Source of the DNA: Toensbergia leucococca
Taxonomy: Eukaryota
Length of the DNA: 32,957 bases
Direction of reading: 5' to 3'
Assembly (NCBI GenBank): GCA_022813965.1
Contig: JALDZS010000236.1
Span: 1-32,957, forward strand
Positions 1 through 11,082 of the stretch are shown here, one piece after another. The notes below the pieces were generated by a model. It saw only the letters and a program-made list of their open reading frames with translations, ran no database searches and was not told where the DNA came from. How positions within the stretch are numbered: position 1 is the stretch's first letter; each line of letters starts with the position of its first letter. Made by a program: the position numbers and the translations under genes.

Positions 1-1830
1 TTGTCTTCAAAAGATAACTCAATAAGTGATGTGTTAGATAAGAGAATGTTAGAATAAAGCTGAGATTTAAGTTGTGCTAAATGTTTAGAGAGAGACTGAC
101 TGCTAAAAGTCTCTGCTTCAAAAGGACAATTTATGATTAAGAAGAGGTAGAGAGACAATCATAAAAGAAGAAAAGGGTTGAAGAGTGTTAAGAAGGTTTG
201 TTATGATAGAAGGTAAACATTTGTTGTAGTAATGCTTAAGATATTAAACAGTGTTGAGATGTTGTTTGTTGTTATAATCTATGCATAGGATATAATGTGT
301 AGTATGTCAAGAGTCTTAATGAAAAAGTGTTTAAGAATAGTTATGTTACACTTGTATAAAGACAAGGTAAGATAAGAATATCTAAGATTATCAGACTTAT
401 ATGAAGACAAGCTGATAAAACATTTAATGTAGACCTTTAATATAATGTTAGAGTCAGACCTAGAGTCTAATTATAGAGATACTATTGAATAGAACACTAA
501 AAATAAAGATCTAAAAGTACAGAGAGGAAATGCTTTATAAGTATTCAGCAGGATGTTATTAGGTAACAACTGTGACATTTAACAACCTCACAAGTTAACT
601 TCTAACTCTTGTGTTGACCTTAATCTGTGCATAAGCTAAAATGCTAGGGTAAACTGTAACAATATAGAGATAAAAGCTCAATTTTATATGTGTTTCTTAC
701 TAATTCTTACTAATTTGGGGAGTGATTTCTTAGTGAGTTAATCAGATACATTATATTATTTACTCTAATATAACTGCTTATATAACACGTGAAGAAATAT
801 AGACTTAGTCAGTGTTATAGTCTCAAGGCTGCAGGCACTTAATAAAGAAATAAAAATAAAAATATGTTTTTATTGCTAACAGTGATTTTTTGTGCATAAG
901 CTTATTGAGTTCTAATAGTAATTAGAAGCTTGTCTGTTAATATATCTCACAAGCAATGAATAGATTCACTTAAAAAAAGGTCAGAAAGTAATCTTTTAGC
1001 AGTAAAGAACTTTAATTCTTTTAATTCTTCTGACTCTAAATGATAGTCTAAATGATTTATAAAATAAATTATAAAGAGAAATATCTAAAATCTAAGAGTA
1101 ATATATCAGCCTTTATCTTCTTACTATAAATTTTTGTATTTTAATATCTATGATATATGATAATTATTGTCTAAGTGCTTAGATTATAAATATCTAGTGT
1201 GTGAGATTAAATCAATAGATAAATCAGATCTAAGAACACTAACTTAAGCCCTTTGTGACATATGCTAAACCCTTTATAAAAATATTTATAACACTTCTTT
1301 ACAGATTACTTTCTTTTCTTGATTTAAAGCTTCTTAATTAGACTATTAAATACTTTATTATACTCAGTCTCATTGACTCACATTATATAATAAGAGATAT
1401 GATAAATTATTGTGACTAAGAGAAAAAGATTTGTTTATATATTTATAAAAGAAATTAAGATATAATGCTGATGATCTAATTGATTGCTCTACTCAGGCAT
1501 TAATTTCTATGATTACACTAAGAGATGACTGCTTATATAATAGTGAAGAAAATAATGTTACTATTAGTCAATTAGAATGTCATGCAACTCATTACATAAG
1601 AGAGTCACAGTCTGATTAATTATTCTACACTCAATCTCTTACTACGCTATAAACCCTTATTAATAACTGTTAAATCAGACCTAATGATTATTTAATCAGA
1701 TAGTGATAAGGTGTTAAAACATCAAAATAAGGGTGTGAGATTATTGAGATGAGGTGTCAAAATAATGAAACCCTTATTGAATTAAGTAGAAATCATAGAA
1801 GCCTATTCATATACTTTACTGTATAAGATT
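1..1830. mobile_element. AT-rich block of heavily mutated transposon/repeat relics (family not identifiable)
   Basis: No ORF in the track, dense TAA/TAG/TGA in the frames inspected, and only two CpG seen by eye (788, 1645). Sharp transition to normal composition near 1835-1870. The pattern is typical of RIP-like or methylation-driven decay of fungal repeats. Confidence 0.7.
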
Positions 1831-1834
1831 GAGT

Positions 1835-2818
1835 TTAATTATCCTTTGATGGTTTTCCTAAGGAAAGACGAGTCAAGAAACTAGATCTGCGACGTGATCT
1901 TCCTTTTTCCTCGGGAGCTTCACCCTGATGCATATCAATTGGCTTTGTGGCAGACCCATCCTTCTTAACACTGAGTCGACGCACGACATCAGCGTGCCGA
2001 AACAATGGAGCAACAATCTGTCTCAATCTATGCGTTGTATCTTCGATACACTCATCCCTTTGTGTCCAATCGTGCCTATCATTCAAAGAAAACAAAGGAT
2101 GTCTGGCTTCGATACAAGAAGGGTCCCATCCATCCAAGTCTCCTGTGCTGAGTGGCCTGGGAAACCTGGTACTAGGGTTGGATAATGAATTGAGTGTCTC
2201 AGGGTTCGATTGCTGTAGCCTATCAATAGTTCGAGCCTTGTCTATTCGAGCAGCAATCTCCATAGCTGGACTGCGCTGGAATGGATTACGCTCGGCAAGT
2301 CGCTCCATGTGAGATTTGACAATATCCTGATCTTGGGCGCATTGCGGCAGGGCAGATTCGAGAGCGAGTATGGTATTAGTGCCACGTGCAAGTTTTTGGG
2401 ACCTGATGATGGGTCTCGACAAAAGGTCGACATTCTTCTCGTTCGACAAGTCGGGAGTTGCTGTACTGACGAAGTCTTTGGCTGCGGTTTGAGGAATGTG
2501 GTGATACTTTATAGGCAATGAGTTTTTTTCAAGCCGCTCACGGCGGCGGCGATGAATATCTCGTTCCTTTTGCCTATGGCGTTCAAGCCTCTTGCTAAGA
2601 TCTTGGGGATCCAAGAAAGCTTCGCCTAGTCTATGTTTCTCGAGGCGACTGCATAGGTCTTCTGGATCTAGAACTTCACCTTGCTTGATGACTCGACGGC
2701 TAGATCCATGGTTGTCCCGTAATGGATGCGTACGCGATCGGACTGGTATGAAGGTCTGCACAGGACTCGTTAACAGCCTGAAGGAATAAGTTAATATAGG
2801 ATACTGTGCTCACGGCAT
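1835..2818 (-). CDS. Hypothetical protein (~314 aa, charged, R-rich C-terminus)
   Basis: 308-codon ORF 1835-2761 lacks a true ATG at its 5' end. Splicing a short intron 2813-2778 (GTGAGC...TTAAC...TTCAG, 36 nt) joins ATG-CC at 2818-2814 in frame (MPLLTSPVQTFIPVRSR...). The start model is tentative and no domain was recognised. Confidence 0.55.
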
Positions 2819-3822
2819 CGACTACCATATTCACAAGACCTTGATAGCAAACCTGCACTATCATAAGTCAAAACCCACACGTTTCGGACAGAGCATTTTG
2901 GACGTGGCCAGTCTTTATTGTGTAGGATGAGAAGTTGAACTAATCTTCTGCCGAAGTGATCCAATTTCCATCGGGCCGTGTTGGTTATGTGACTGACGTG
3001 CAGCTGTTCTATTTAATCCATTCGCGGACTAGGTGGGCAGAAAGTCTTCATACTCTACAATTATCAACGAGTTAACCTAGGTGTCAAATAGAAGTCTCTA
3101 AATAGGTATGATATAAGTCAAGCAAAGTCGCAGCTTGTGCACGAAAACCGAAAGCAGACGTCGAGCGATACCTAGATTACTAGACTCGACTACTACTTGA
3201 GTGTCGTCTAGCAGGACTCTTCAAGATGTCCATTGGTACTCGTATTAGTATCGTAGCAGGAACGAGGAGCATTTAGATTACTTATATTTCGTAACGTAAT
3301 ATTCATCGTCCGTATCATTTCCAGGCTCAGGCTACTGCATCTGCCCTTGGCATCCTCCCACCATCCAGCCACCAGCAATGTACATCTTTAGCTTGTTAGT
3401 TGAGATAAACAATAATGAAGGGTCAGCTTCCCGCCTGTACAGTTTTGGTATGGTCTCAGACCCGCCGTGGTTATCCTAAAGCTTACCAAGCACGTTTGCG
3501 TTTGAAGTAGGGAGCTCCATAAATGCCGTTTCATTGCCAAGGTTCTCCATTCTACCCTTCCACAGGAGCGGATCCAGGGTGTTCACTGACAAAGCATTCA
3601 GTTCTTCGGGGCCCATAGTCCACTTGCAGGCCCTCCAATGTTGCCCATGCCTTCGCAGCTGTCAGAACCGCAGGGAGGAACATCGTTAGCAGAGCTAGGT
3701 CCGAGCACGAGTGACGGGGTGGTGCACTTCGCGTTCCCACATATAATCCTGTCGGCCTTCAGATCAATAGGCAGCGTTCCTGGTCCAGCACAGCAGCAGG
3801 TCACTATGTCAAAAATATTGCT

Positions 3823-6800
3823 ATGATGGAGTCGAGGAAGTCAAAGAAGATCAAGTCACATGTGGACGTCTTGGATGCTACGCGAACCGCATCTCCAGCG
3901 ACTTTATCAATATCCGAAGCCCCTCCACAAAGAAGAGACCAGACTCCACCACTTCCCCTCGTTGGCCAAGACTCACGTCAACATCTGGATGGGCGCCATG
4001 TACAAAAACCCAGAGCTACCCGTTGTCGGTCAACCAAAAACGAAGACGGTAATTCATTTAATACAGGGCCTTCATCCATCCTCTCTCCGCATGTCTCAGC
4101 CGCTCAGGCGTGTATCGAGTCTAGTCATGTGAGTTTCTCACCCCTCAGTAGGCTGCCTTCACCTGGACGAAAAACACCGTCCGGACTAGATCAATGTCCA
4201 GGCAGGTAGGACTTCTTTGTAGATTGCCAGGCTGATGGACTTCCTGAACCGATAGTCTGGCGAAGCAAAAGGAATGCAGGAGATTAACCTCGCAGTGGTC
4301 GGCGCTGCAGGGACTGGAAAATCGACATTCATGCAATGCGCATTGGATCTGAAAAAGCCCGTAGTCTCAATGGCTTCATCCAAAAAGGTGTCATTAGAGG
4401 GGGTCGTCTCTCTTTTGCGCTTGCATGAATACCAAATTGAAGAGGTGACGTTAACCACAGACCAGCATATAGATTGGCCGCCTACACGAGTAGGTGAACA
4501 GGCAATCCCGCCAATCGATGGTGCGGTCATTCTATACGACGTCATGGAACAAAGCAGTATCAAGCAGATCCCGAACGTATTGAGTGAGTCTGTCAGCCTT
4601 TTGACCTTTCCACGCAACGAAATTCTCCTCAACTTTTGCCCTTCTGGCTTCTTTGCAAATCCTTGCAAAATTGATCATTCAAGAATTTTGTACTCAGCAT
4701 GCTTACACTATTGTGATTGGCTAGATGCCTTGTATAGACTCTCGGTGCCTTGCGTGCTTGTTTCCTCTAAATGCGACAATCCTCCTGATACTTGGCAACT
4801 TGACCCCTCGATGATTGAGCAATCTTGCAAAGGTACGGAATCGATCCGTATCTCAGTCAACGCCCCTGAAACCTATAAGCTTTGTATATCCATGGTCTTA
4901 AGAAATATATCTTTAGGAACACACGGTGAGCAGGTCAAATCCTTTCAGCGCGTGTTATCACTGCAGCCTGAAGTAATGGAGGACCCATGTTCAACACGTT
5001 ACTGTACGGCTAATGCGAGTAAAGAAAACCCACCAATCACAGGCGGTTTCCCACGTCAGCGGGCTCTAACCACATCGTACCCCTCAAACACTACGAGTAT
5101 CAACCCATCGCTACCTAGTGGGGCTAGGAGCAGACATAGTCGAGCCACCTCTGAATTGATTGGGTCTCTGGTACGGGATAAGGGATTAGGCTTATTAGGA
5201 TCTCCGTCTTCGAGCAGTGGTAGCACGACCAGTTCTCAGAGCCACGGTACGGAGGACATACAGTATTCATTCAAGTCCCCAAATGCAACATTTGGTGGTC
5301 CATTCACTCCTATGACTAGGCTGTCATCGAGAAGTAGTGATGACCGACATGCCTTAAGTGAAGCAAGTTCCTGTATACCAGAAGATACTGCACAGGCGGT
5401 TTCATTTGAGCCTCTAATTCCGCAATCACCTCTATTAACGATCGAGCAGGCAAGTTCGGTTGCGAGTTTGTTTCTTAATTCCGGAGATGAGGGCCAGGAG
5501 CATATTTCTATGGTGGAGAAGACTTCGAAATCGAGCAGTAGGCGCTCAACATCAGCCGATGAGGCGACTAAGGAATCCGGCGTTTTGTTCGATGAGTTGG
5601 TAGACCGACTTCTATCGCAGCCAGTTTCCAAAGCCGATTCAAAATTTGCTGCCATTTTTTTGTGTTTGTATCGAAAATTCGCCGCTCCTGCAGAGCTCGT
5701 GTTGGCAATTATGACTCGTTTCGAGAAGCAGAAGGACGATGGGAACCCGCAGATTGCGCGAGTCACCTCCCAGCTACGATACCTTGGCGTTATATTACAA
5801 TGGATCTCAACTTATCCAGGGGACTTTGCCCATCCCTCGACTCGTCGCCGTGTAACTTGTTTTGTTGCACAGTTAGGGATCAAGCGGGGATTCGCCGTTG
5901 CTGCTAGAGAAATTAGCTTGCATCTTGATATGGTTTCGGAGGATGATGATACCGAGTGGGCATGCTCTGATACTCGAAGTGCAAGAGCTGACACTCTGGA
6001 AAGCCCTTTGAGTCTCTCTCCTCTTGAAAGTACAGCACAGTCAAGAGACACTATCGAGAATATTGTCGATTCGAGGAAAGAAGAGGACAGACGAAACCGT
6101 TCTACCGGAACCTCGACAGCACCATCGATATCGTCAAGCTTAGATTTGTCCGGAAGTCAATCCACAGGCTCTCTACACGCGCTGCTCAATTCGGTTGATA
6201 TAGCCCAGCGTCAAGCCCAACTCCTTACTCCGCTACCAAGGAATATTCTTACCAAAGTACAATGGCACCAATTCATGGACACCCCCGATGAGAACATTGC
6301 TCAAGAACTCACGCGAATTGATTGGATAATGTTCTCATCCATCCGACCTCGCGATCTTATTAGACACGTTAGTCTATCTGTCGATGGAAAGGAGAAATGC
6401 AAGAGCCTTGAGAATGTCGATAGGATGATCAATCAATTCAACCACGTGGCATTCTGGGTGGCAAATTTAATACTCCTGCGCGAGAAGCCAAAGCACCGGG
6501 CTAAGATTTTAGAGAGGTTCATGGGGATGGCATGGGTTGGTCAAGCGCCTGAAAATGTTCTTACATATGCTAATGAGGATTATCAGAAATTACGCTACCT
6601 GAATAACTACAATTCTCTAGGTGCAGTCATGGCTGGAATCAATAGGATAGCCGTCCACCGCCTTGCACAAACGCGAGAGTTAATCCCGCATCAAGTGCAG
6701 AAGGCTTTTATGCGCTTAGAAATACTCATGAGTACACAAAAAAGCCACTTTGCTTATCGACTAGCGTGGGAGAATACCTCTGCTGAGCGAATCCCTTACT

Positions 6801-7237
6801 TACCGCTTCATCGCCGTGATCTCATATACGCTGAAGAAGGCAACAAGACAAACATCGGAGATTCTGGTGATCGTATCAATTGGAAGAAATTCGAGATCAT
6901 GGGAGAGATCATGGTGGGCATTCAAAGAAGCCAAGCGACTCCATATCTGAACCTGAATCGGAACGAGGACTTACAACGACTGGTCCTAGATGGGAGATTT
7001 TCAAAAGATGATGATGTGAGTCTTCCATGATATCCTGTTTTATCAAGTGAGTGTGTGATTGCTCGGTTGGAGCAAAAGTTGCAAGGGAGCAATTTTGACA
7101 AGTTCTTCTCAAGGCAAGGAAGGCCGTGTATAGAACTGATGAGTTGTGCTCAGGAACTCTACGAACGTAGCTTGCAGCTGGAAGGGCCCGGAGTCGATGA
7201 AAATACACGAAGGAGGTTTAATTGGTTCCAGCGATGA
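3823..7237 (+). CDS. Ras guanine-nucleotide exchange factor (REM + CDC25-type catalytic domain) with N-terminal Ras-like P-loop domain
   Basis: Motifs GAAGTGKST, AVILYDV, VLVSSKCD (small-GTPase-like); FDELVDRLL...FLCLYRKF (REM); IAQELTRIDW, FNHVAFWV, LNNYNSLGAV, IPYLPLHRRDL..AEEGN, INWKKF, ELYERSLQLE (RasGEF). Predicted introns: 4129-4255, 4584-4724, 4926-5024, 6536-6586, 7016-7153. Confidence 0.88.
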
Positions 7238-7679
7238 TTTTAGGTTCGCCTTCATACTATTCTAGGAAGCTGGAACGAACGGGCTAAGATATTGCCTACA
7301 TTCATACAGCCTACCTGATAGAGGACACGAAGCTATTGCATCCCTAGAATTGTGGAATTTCGAAGGCTTCCATTCCGCTCTTCTAAAAAGCCCGATTACT
7401 CTATCCACAACCTGTTTGACTGTATTGTCTTCGGATTGATGGCCATTGAGCGATGGATTGGATTCAGGCAAGGGTCCACGGAGGACTTGCGACACTTATC
7501 TTCTTCGCATCTTTCACTTCTGGCGTCAGATCTCTTGGGACCTTTTGGCCACTCGTGGACATGATCTGGCTTTTGCAGACTCTCCACTTACTTGAAATGC
7601 AGCTTAGTCTGGTCGCTATTTCGTGCACTTTCAGCATGAGTTTGAACCATCAGGTATGATGGAAATCTCGGCTATACTG

Positions 7680-8260
7680 GGTTCTACAATGAGCTTAGAG
7701 AGTCTGCTATCTCTTCGTTTCCACTGTCTCCACGATCCCTGCTATTCATGTACATCTAAATACCGCGTTTTAATCTCTTCTCTTGGGTCCACAAGCTGAG
7801 CCTTAACCGCTTCGAGCCAGGCCTTGGATCCTCACCCGCATATGGTCGGAGTAGTCTTCCTTGCTTGCTTCGCAGTTTCGATAGTCTTCAAATAGTTGAA
7901 GCAAGGTATTGTAGATCTTGTTGAAGAGAGCGCGGAGGCGAGGATAGTGATGGAACAGATTGTGGAGCTCTGGGTATGACTCAATGCTGCTCTATACTGA
8001 GACAGTGAACATTCTTCAAGTCGACTCCATTCAAATTTATTGCAGAAGTGCCTGGCAGAGGTAGTGGCGGGTGCGTTTTTGAAAGCGAAGGAGGTGAAGA
8101 TCTATCCATGTATCAAATTATGCTGTTTGTAGCATCGATCGAGCAGAGCAGTACTCCGTACCAATTGGATGATCGGAAGATGAGGAATACCTGCTATTGA
8201 CTTTAGCGCGAGGCGCATATGGATTTGGGGGGCCTCGTACCATTTGCAAAAACTATATTG
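7680..8260 (-). pseudogene. Degraded HIT-type zinc-finger gene (Hit1/ZNHIT3-like)
   Basis: Minus-strand fragments in shifting frames: KSICASR* (~8226-8203), CSI/CYKQHNLIH (~8145-8108), SSIESYPELHNLFHHYPRLRALFNKIYNTLL (~7992-7900), an eroded RG-rich tract, WTQEKRLKRGI*MYMNSRDRGDSGNEEIAD (from 7791, stop at 7758-7756) and SKLIVE (~7700-7683). The order matches my recollection of filamentous-fungal HIT-finger proteins. Several frameshifts and stops. Confidence 0.65.
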
Positions 8261-8591
8261 GATCCTAATGTTCAGCAGATTAATTCAATTATCTTTTACT
8301 ACTACGGGTATCCGTATTCTGTACCAATGATGTTCATAAACTAGACATGATAGTAAGCACGACTTAGGTAGGTAGTACGGAGTAATAGGACGGGCAACGA
8401 ATTGTTTTAGGGATGACGGCATTGCATGGTGTGATTCTGAACATTGAGCGGCAATTTTGTTGCCGTCGCTCCCAATTCACGACGACGTTATTGAAACTGA
8501 CTCCATGGCATTTGGAGGCACTCCAGATTTTGCATGCCGTCTACTGGCAAGACCATGGCACTCATGGCCTTGTACTCGGATTCCCACAGCT

Positions 8592-9573
8592 ATGACTTCG
8601 TGTAGAAGAGCCGTCCACAGCAATGCGAGGATTCTAGTGCTCACGGCCTCGAGGACACATTTAAGACCCACTTTGCAGCCTCTAAGACAATCTTTTGCCT
8701 TGCCCTCGTTAGTGGGGAGCCGGAAAATCTTCATACAAACAGAAAATACGCCAAATGCCGACGTAAGTAAAATAAGTACCTAGGGTCATGTATGTTGAAT
8801 ACTGATATTTGCAGGCTCTAAAGTTTCTCCCCAATCATCCGATATTGCCTCAAAATTTATCGTCTCCGTTCCTCGAATATCTGTCCCCCAGATCGACTCT
8901 CGCCCCACCGCATCCTTCACCACTCGCTGCACGACTACTGAGTATCGACGGAATCGCGTCAGTCTTCTACGGATCTGATTTCATTACAGTCACCAAGGCC
9001 GTAGACGCTCAGTGGGCACATGTCAAACCTGAAGTTTTCAGTCTTATCACCGAGGCTGTAACGTCCGGGGAATCTATCGTAAATACTGTTGAGAATGGGT
9101 CCCTGGAAGCTGGTCAGGAAGGGGGCGAACAAGACACGCTCGGATACAGTGAAAATGACAGCGAAGTGGTCGGAATGATCAAAGAGCTCTTGGATACAAG
9201 GATTCGCCCAGCAATCCAGGAAGACGGCGGAGATATTGAGTTTCGCGGGTTTGACAATAGTTATGTTTTGCTGAAGCTGCGAGGGGCATGTAGGACGTGT
9301 GATTCTAGCACAGTGACTCTGAAAAATGGGATCGAGAGTATGTTGATGCATTATGTGAGTCTTGACATGCATTTGAATCATTGAAGCTGTACTGATGTGC
9401 GCTTACCACAGATTGAAGAAGTGCAAGGTGTCACGCAAGTGCTGGACCAGGAAGAGGAGATTGCCTTGAACGAATTTGTCAAGTTCGAAGAAAAATTAAA
9501 GCTACAGAAAGGACCAGGTGCTGTAGCATCAACAGTTGGCAAGGGAAGCCCCGAAGTAGATGCTCGAACTTAA
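8592..9573 (+). CDS. NFU1: Mitochondrial Fe-S cluster carrier Nfu1 (NifU-like)
   Basis: [102 protein letters not shown] (CxxC). R/S/L-rich presequence. Introns 8763-8814 and 9355-9411; stop TAA 9571-9573. An alternative in-frame ATG lies at 8505. Confidence 0.93.
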
Positions 9574-11082
9574 CAAAAGTGAGGCTAGGTAGTTTAGTAA
9601 TATGCGACTACGAGTACCTATCAGGTACTCACTCGTAGAATTTACATACGTAACGGCCACGGAATTGCATCGGCGATCTCATGCCAGCTTCCCCATGCTG
9701 GTCACTAAATAAGTACTGCAGTAAGGTAGAATAGAAATTAGAAAGCGCCATGCCCGTCAGACTACTGCCAGTATGGATGAAATATTTTGGATCGAAGAAA
9801 TGGAACTCCATTCACAGGAGGCTGCGCTATTACTCGTATTGATTTGACATCTTCAGTCTTGCTGCAAATGTACCACCTACTCATGTGCATTCATCGATTT
9901 GTTTTCCCCACTGTTAATGCAACAATGACTTTGTGCCTTCTCTGTTCTCGGTGATTGAGCGAATAAAGATAACTTCTTGATCGGGTGGAGTATCCGCACC
10001 TGTAGAATACCGTCATGCCTGGTCTGTGCTCGGGTTGCCAATAAGGTAATGTGGGGTACAGCATCAGGGCATCAATAGATTGGCCACGTATTTGGAAGGA
10101 ATTATCGCTGCTGCACTATGTTAATGCAACGTAGTCATCTTTGCTACATGGTAATCTTACTTCGCTCGAGGTATGAGAACCGAGAACGTGGCAGAGTGAA
10201 TGAAGTGGTGGTACTGGAACTGGGCCCGACACTTGGTAGAGTCAAGAGCATGATTTTGGAGTAGGCAATTCTCTGCATAGCAGAATATCTCATACATTTA
10301 CCCCCTTTGGTAAATGGGTTTGATGATCATGTTTTGTGCTGTTGGAGTGTTTTATCCATGCTCCATGTCAAAGTTGGTGATGATACGAGTTCTCCGCAAT
10401 CCCTGCGACAGATCTCCCCGCCGACGTCTGCGACAAGGGGCGATACTAGTAAATATTATAGTCATTCTCCGCATTTTCATCAACGCCTCTCGCTTGGTGC
10501 CACAGCTAATTAAGCTATGTATGGGTCTGCAGTATCTGCTGACACCTTATCACCACGCCTTGACTCCTGCCACCGACCCTTCAAGTCCTCCGCAATATTT
10601 ATATTTGAATACCGCCTATTGAAAGACGAACATCAATTGGCCTCCGAGCGGCCGAGTCGCATGCTACTACGTGTGGACATGATCGCTTGCTCGTGAAGAT
10701 CGGCAGCCCCGCGCACTTGGGGACTAAAATTACCACGGAACAAAACCCGTCCCTTCTCACCATCCAAACACTCAGTACGGGAGGGTCATCTGAGAGCCAG
10801 CCAGTCTCTTTCATTACTCTCTAGAACTTCCTTACAATCTGCGCCCTCGACTCCAGTAAGAAGCGAGTTCGCCGCTATCTAGATTGCGATCTTGCCCATC
10901 CGACCAGATAATTTCTACGGGCCGCCATCAATAAAAGACCGGAGGTCCAAGAGTTTTAAGAAGTCATCTTGCAGAGAACAATCTCGGACGTTTGACCTCT
11001 GAACGTCAAGACGGCTACAAAGTGTGGAAATAGTGCCGCCCCACGCCTTCTCTCGAGGACCTCAAGTTTAGGAGTTGGTTCT

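Noticed and set aside
200..420. Cys-rich eroded reading frame in the left flank (possible zinc knuckle)
   Set aside because: Too many stops and ambiguous back-mutation to assign by eye.
4274..7030. 918-aa ORF taken as the literal protein
   Set aside because: It reads through three in-frame introns and lacks the first and last exons.
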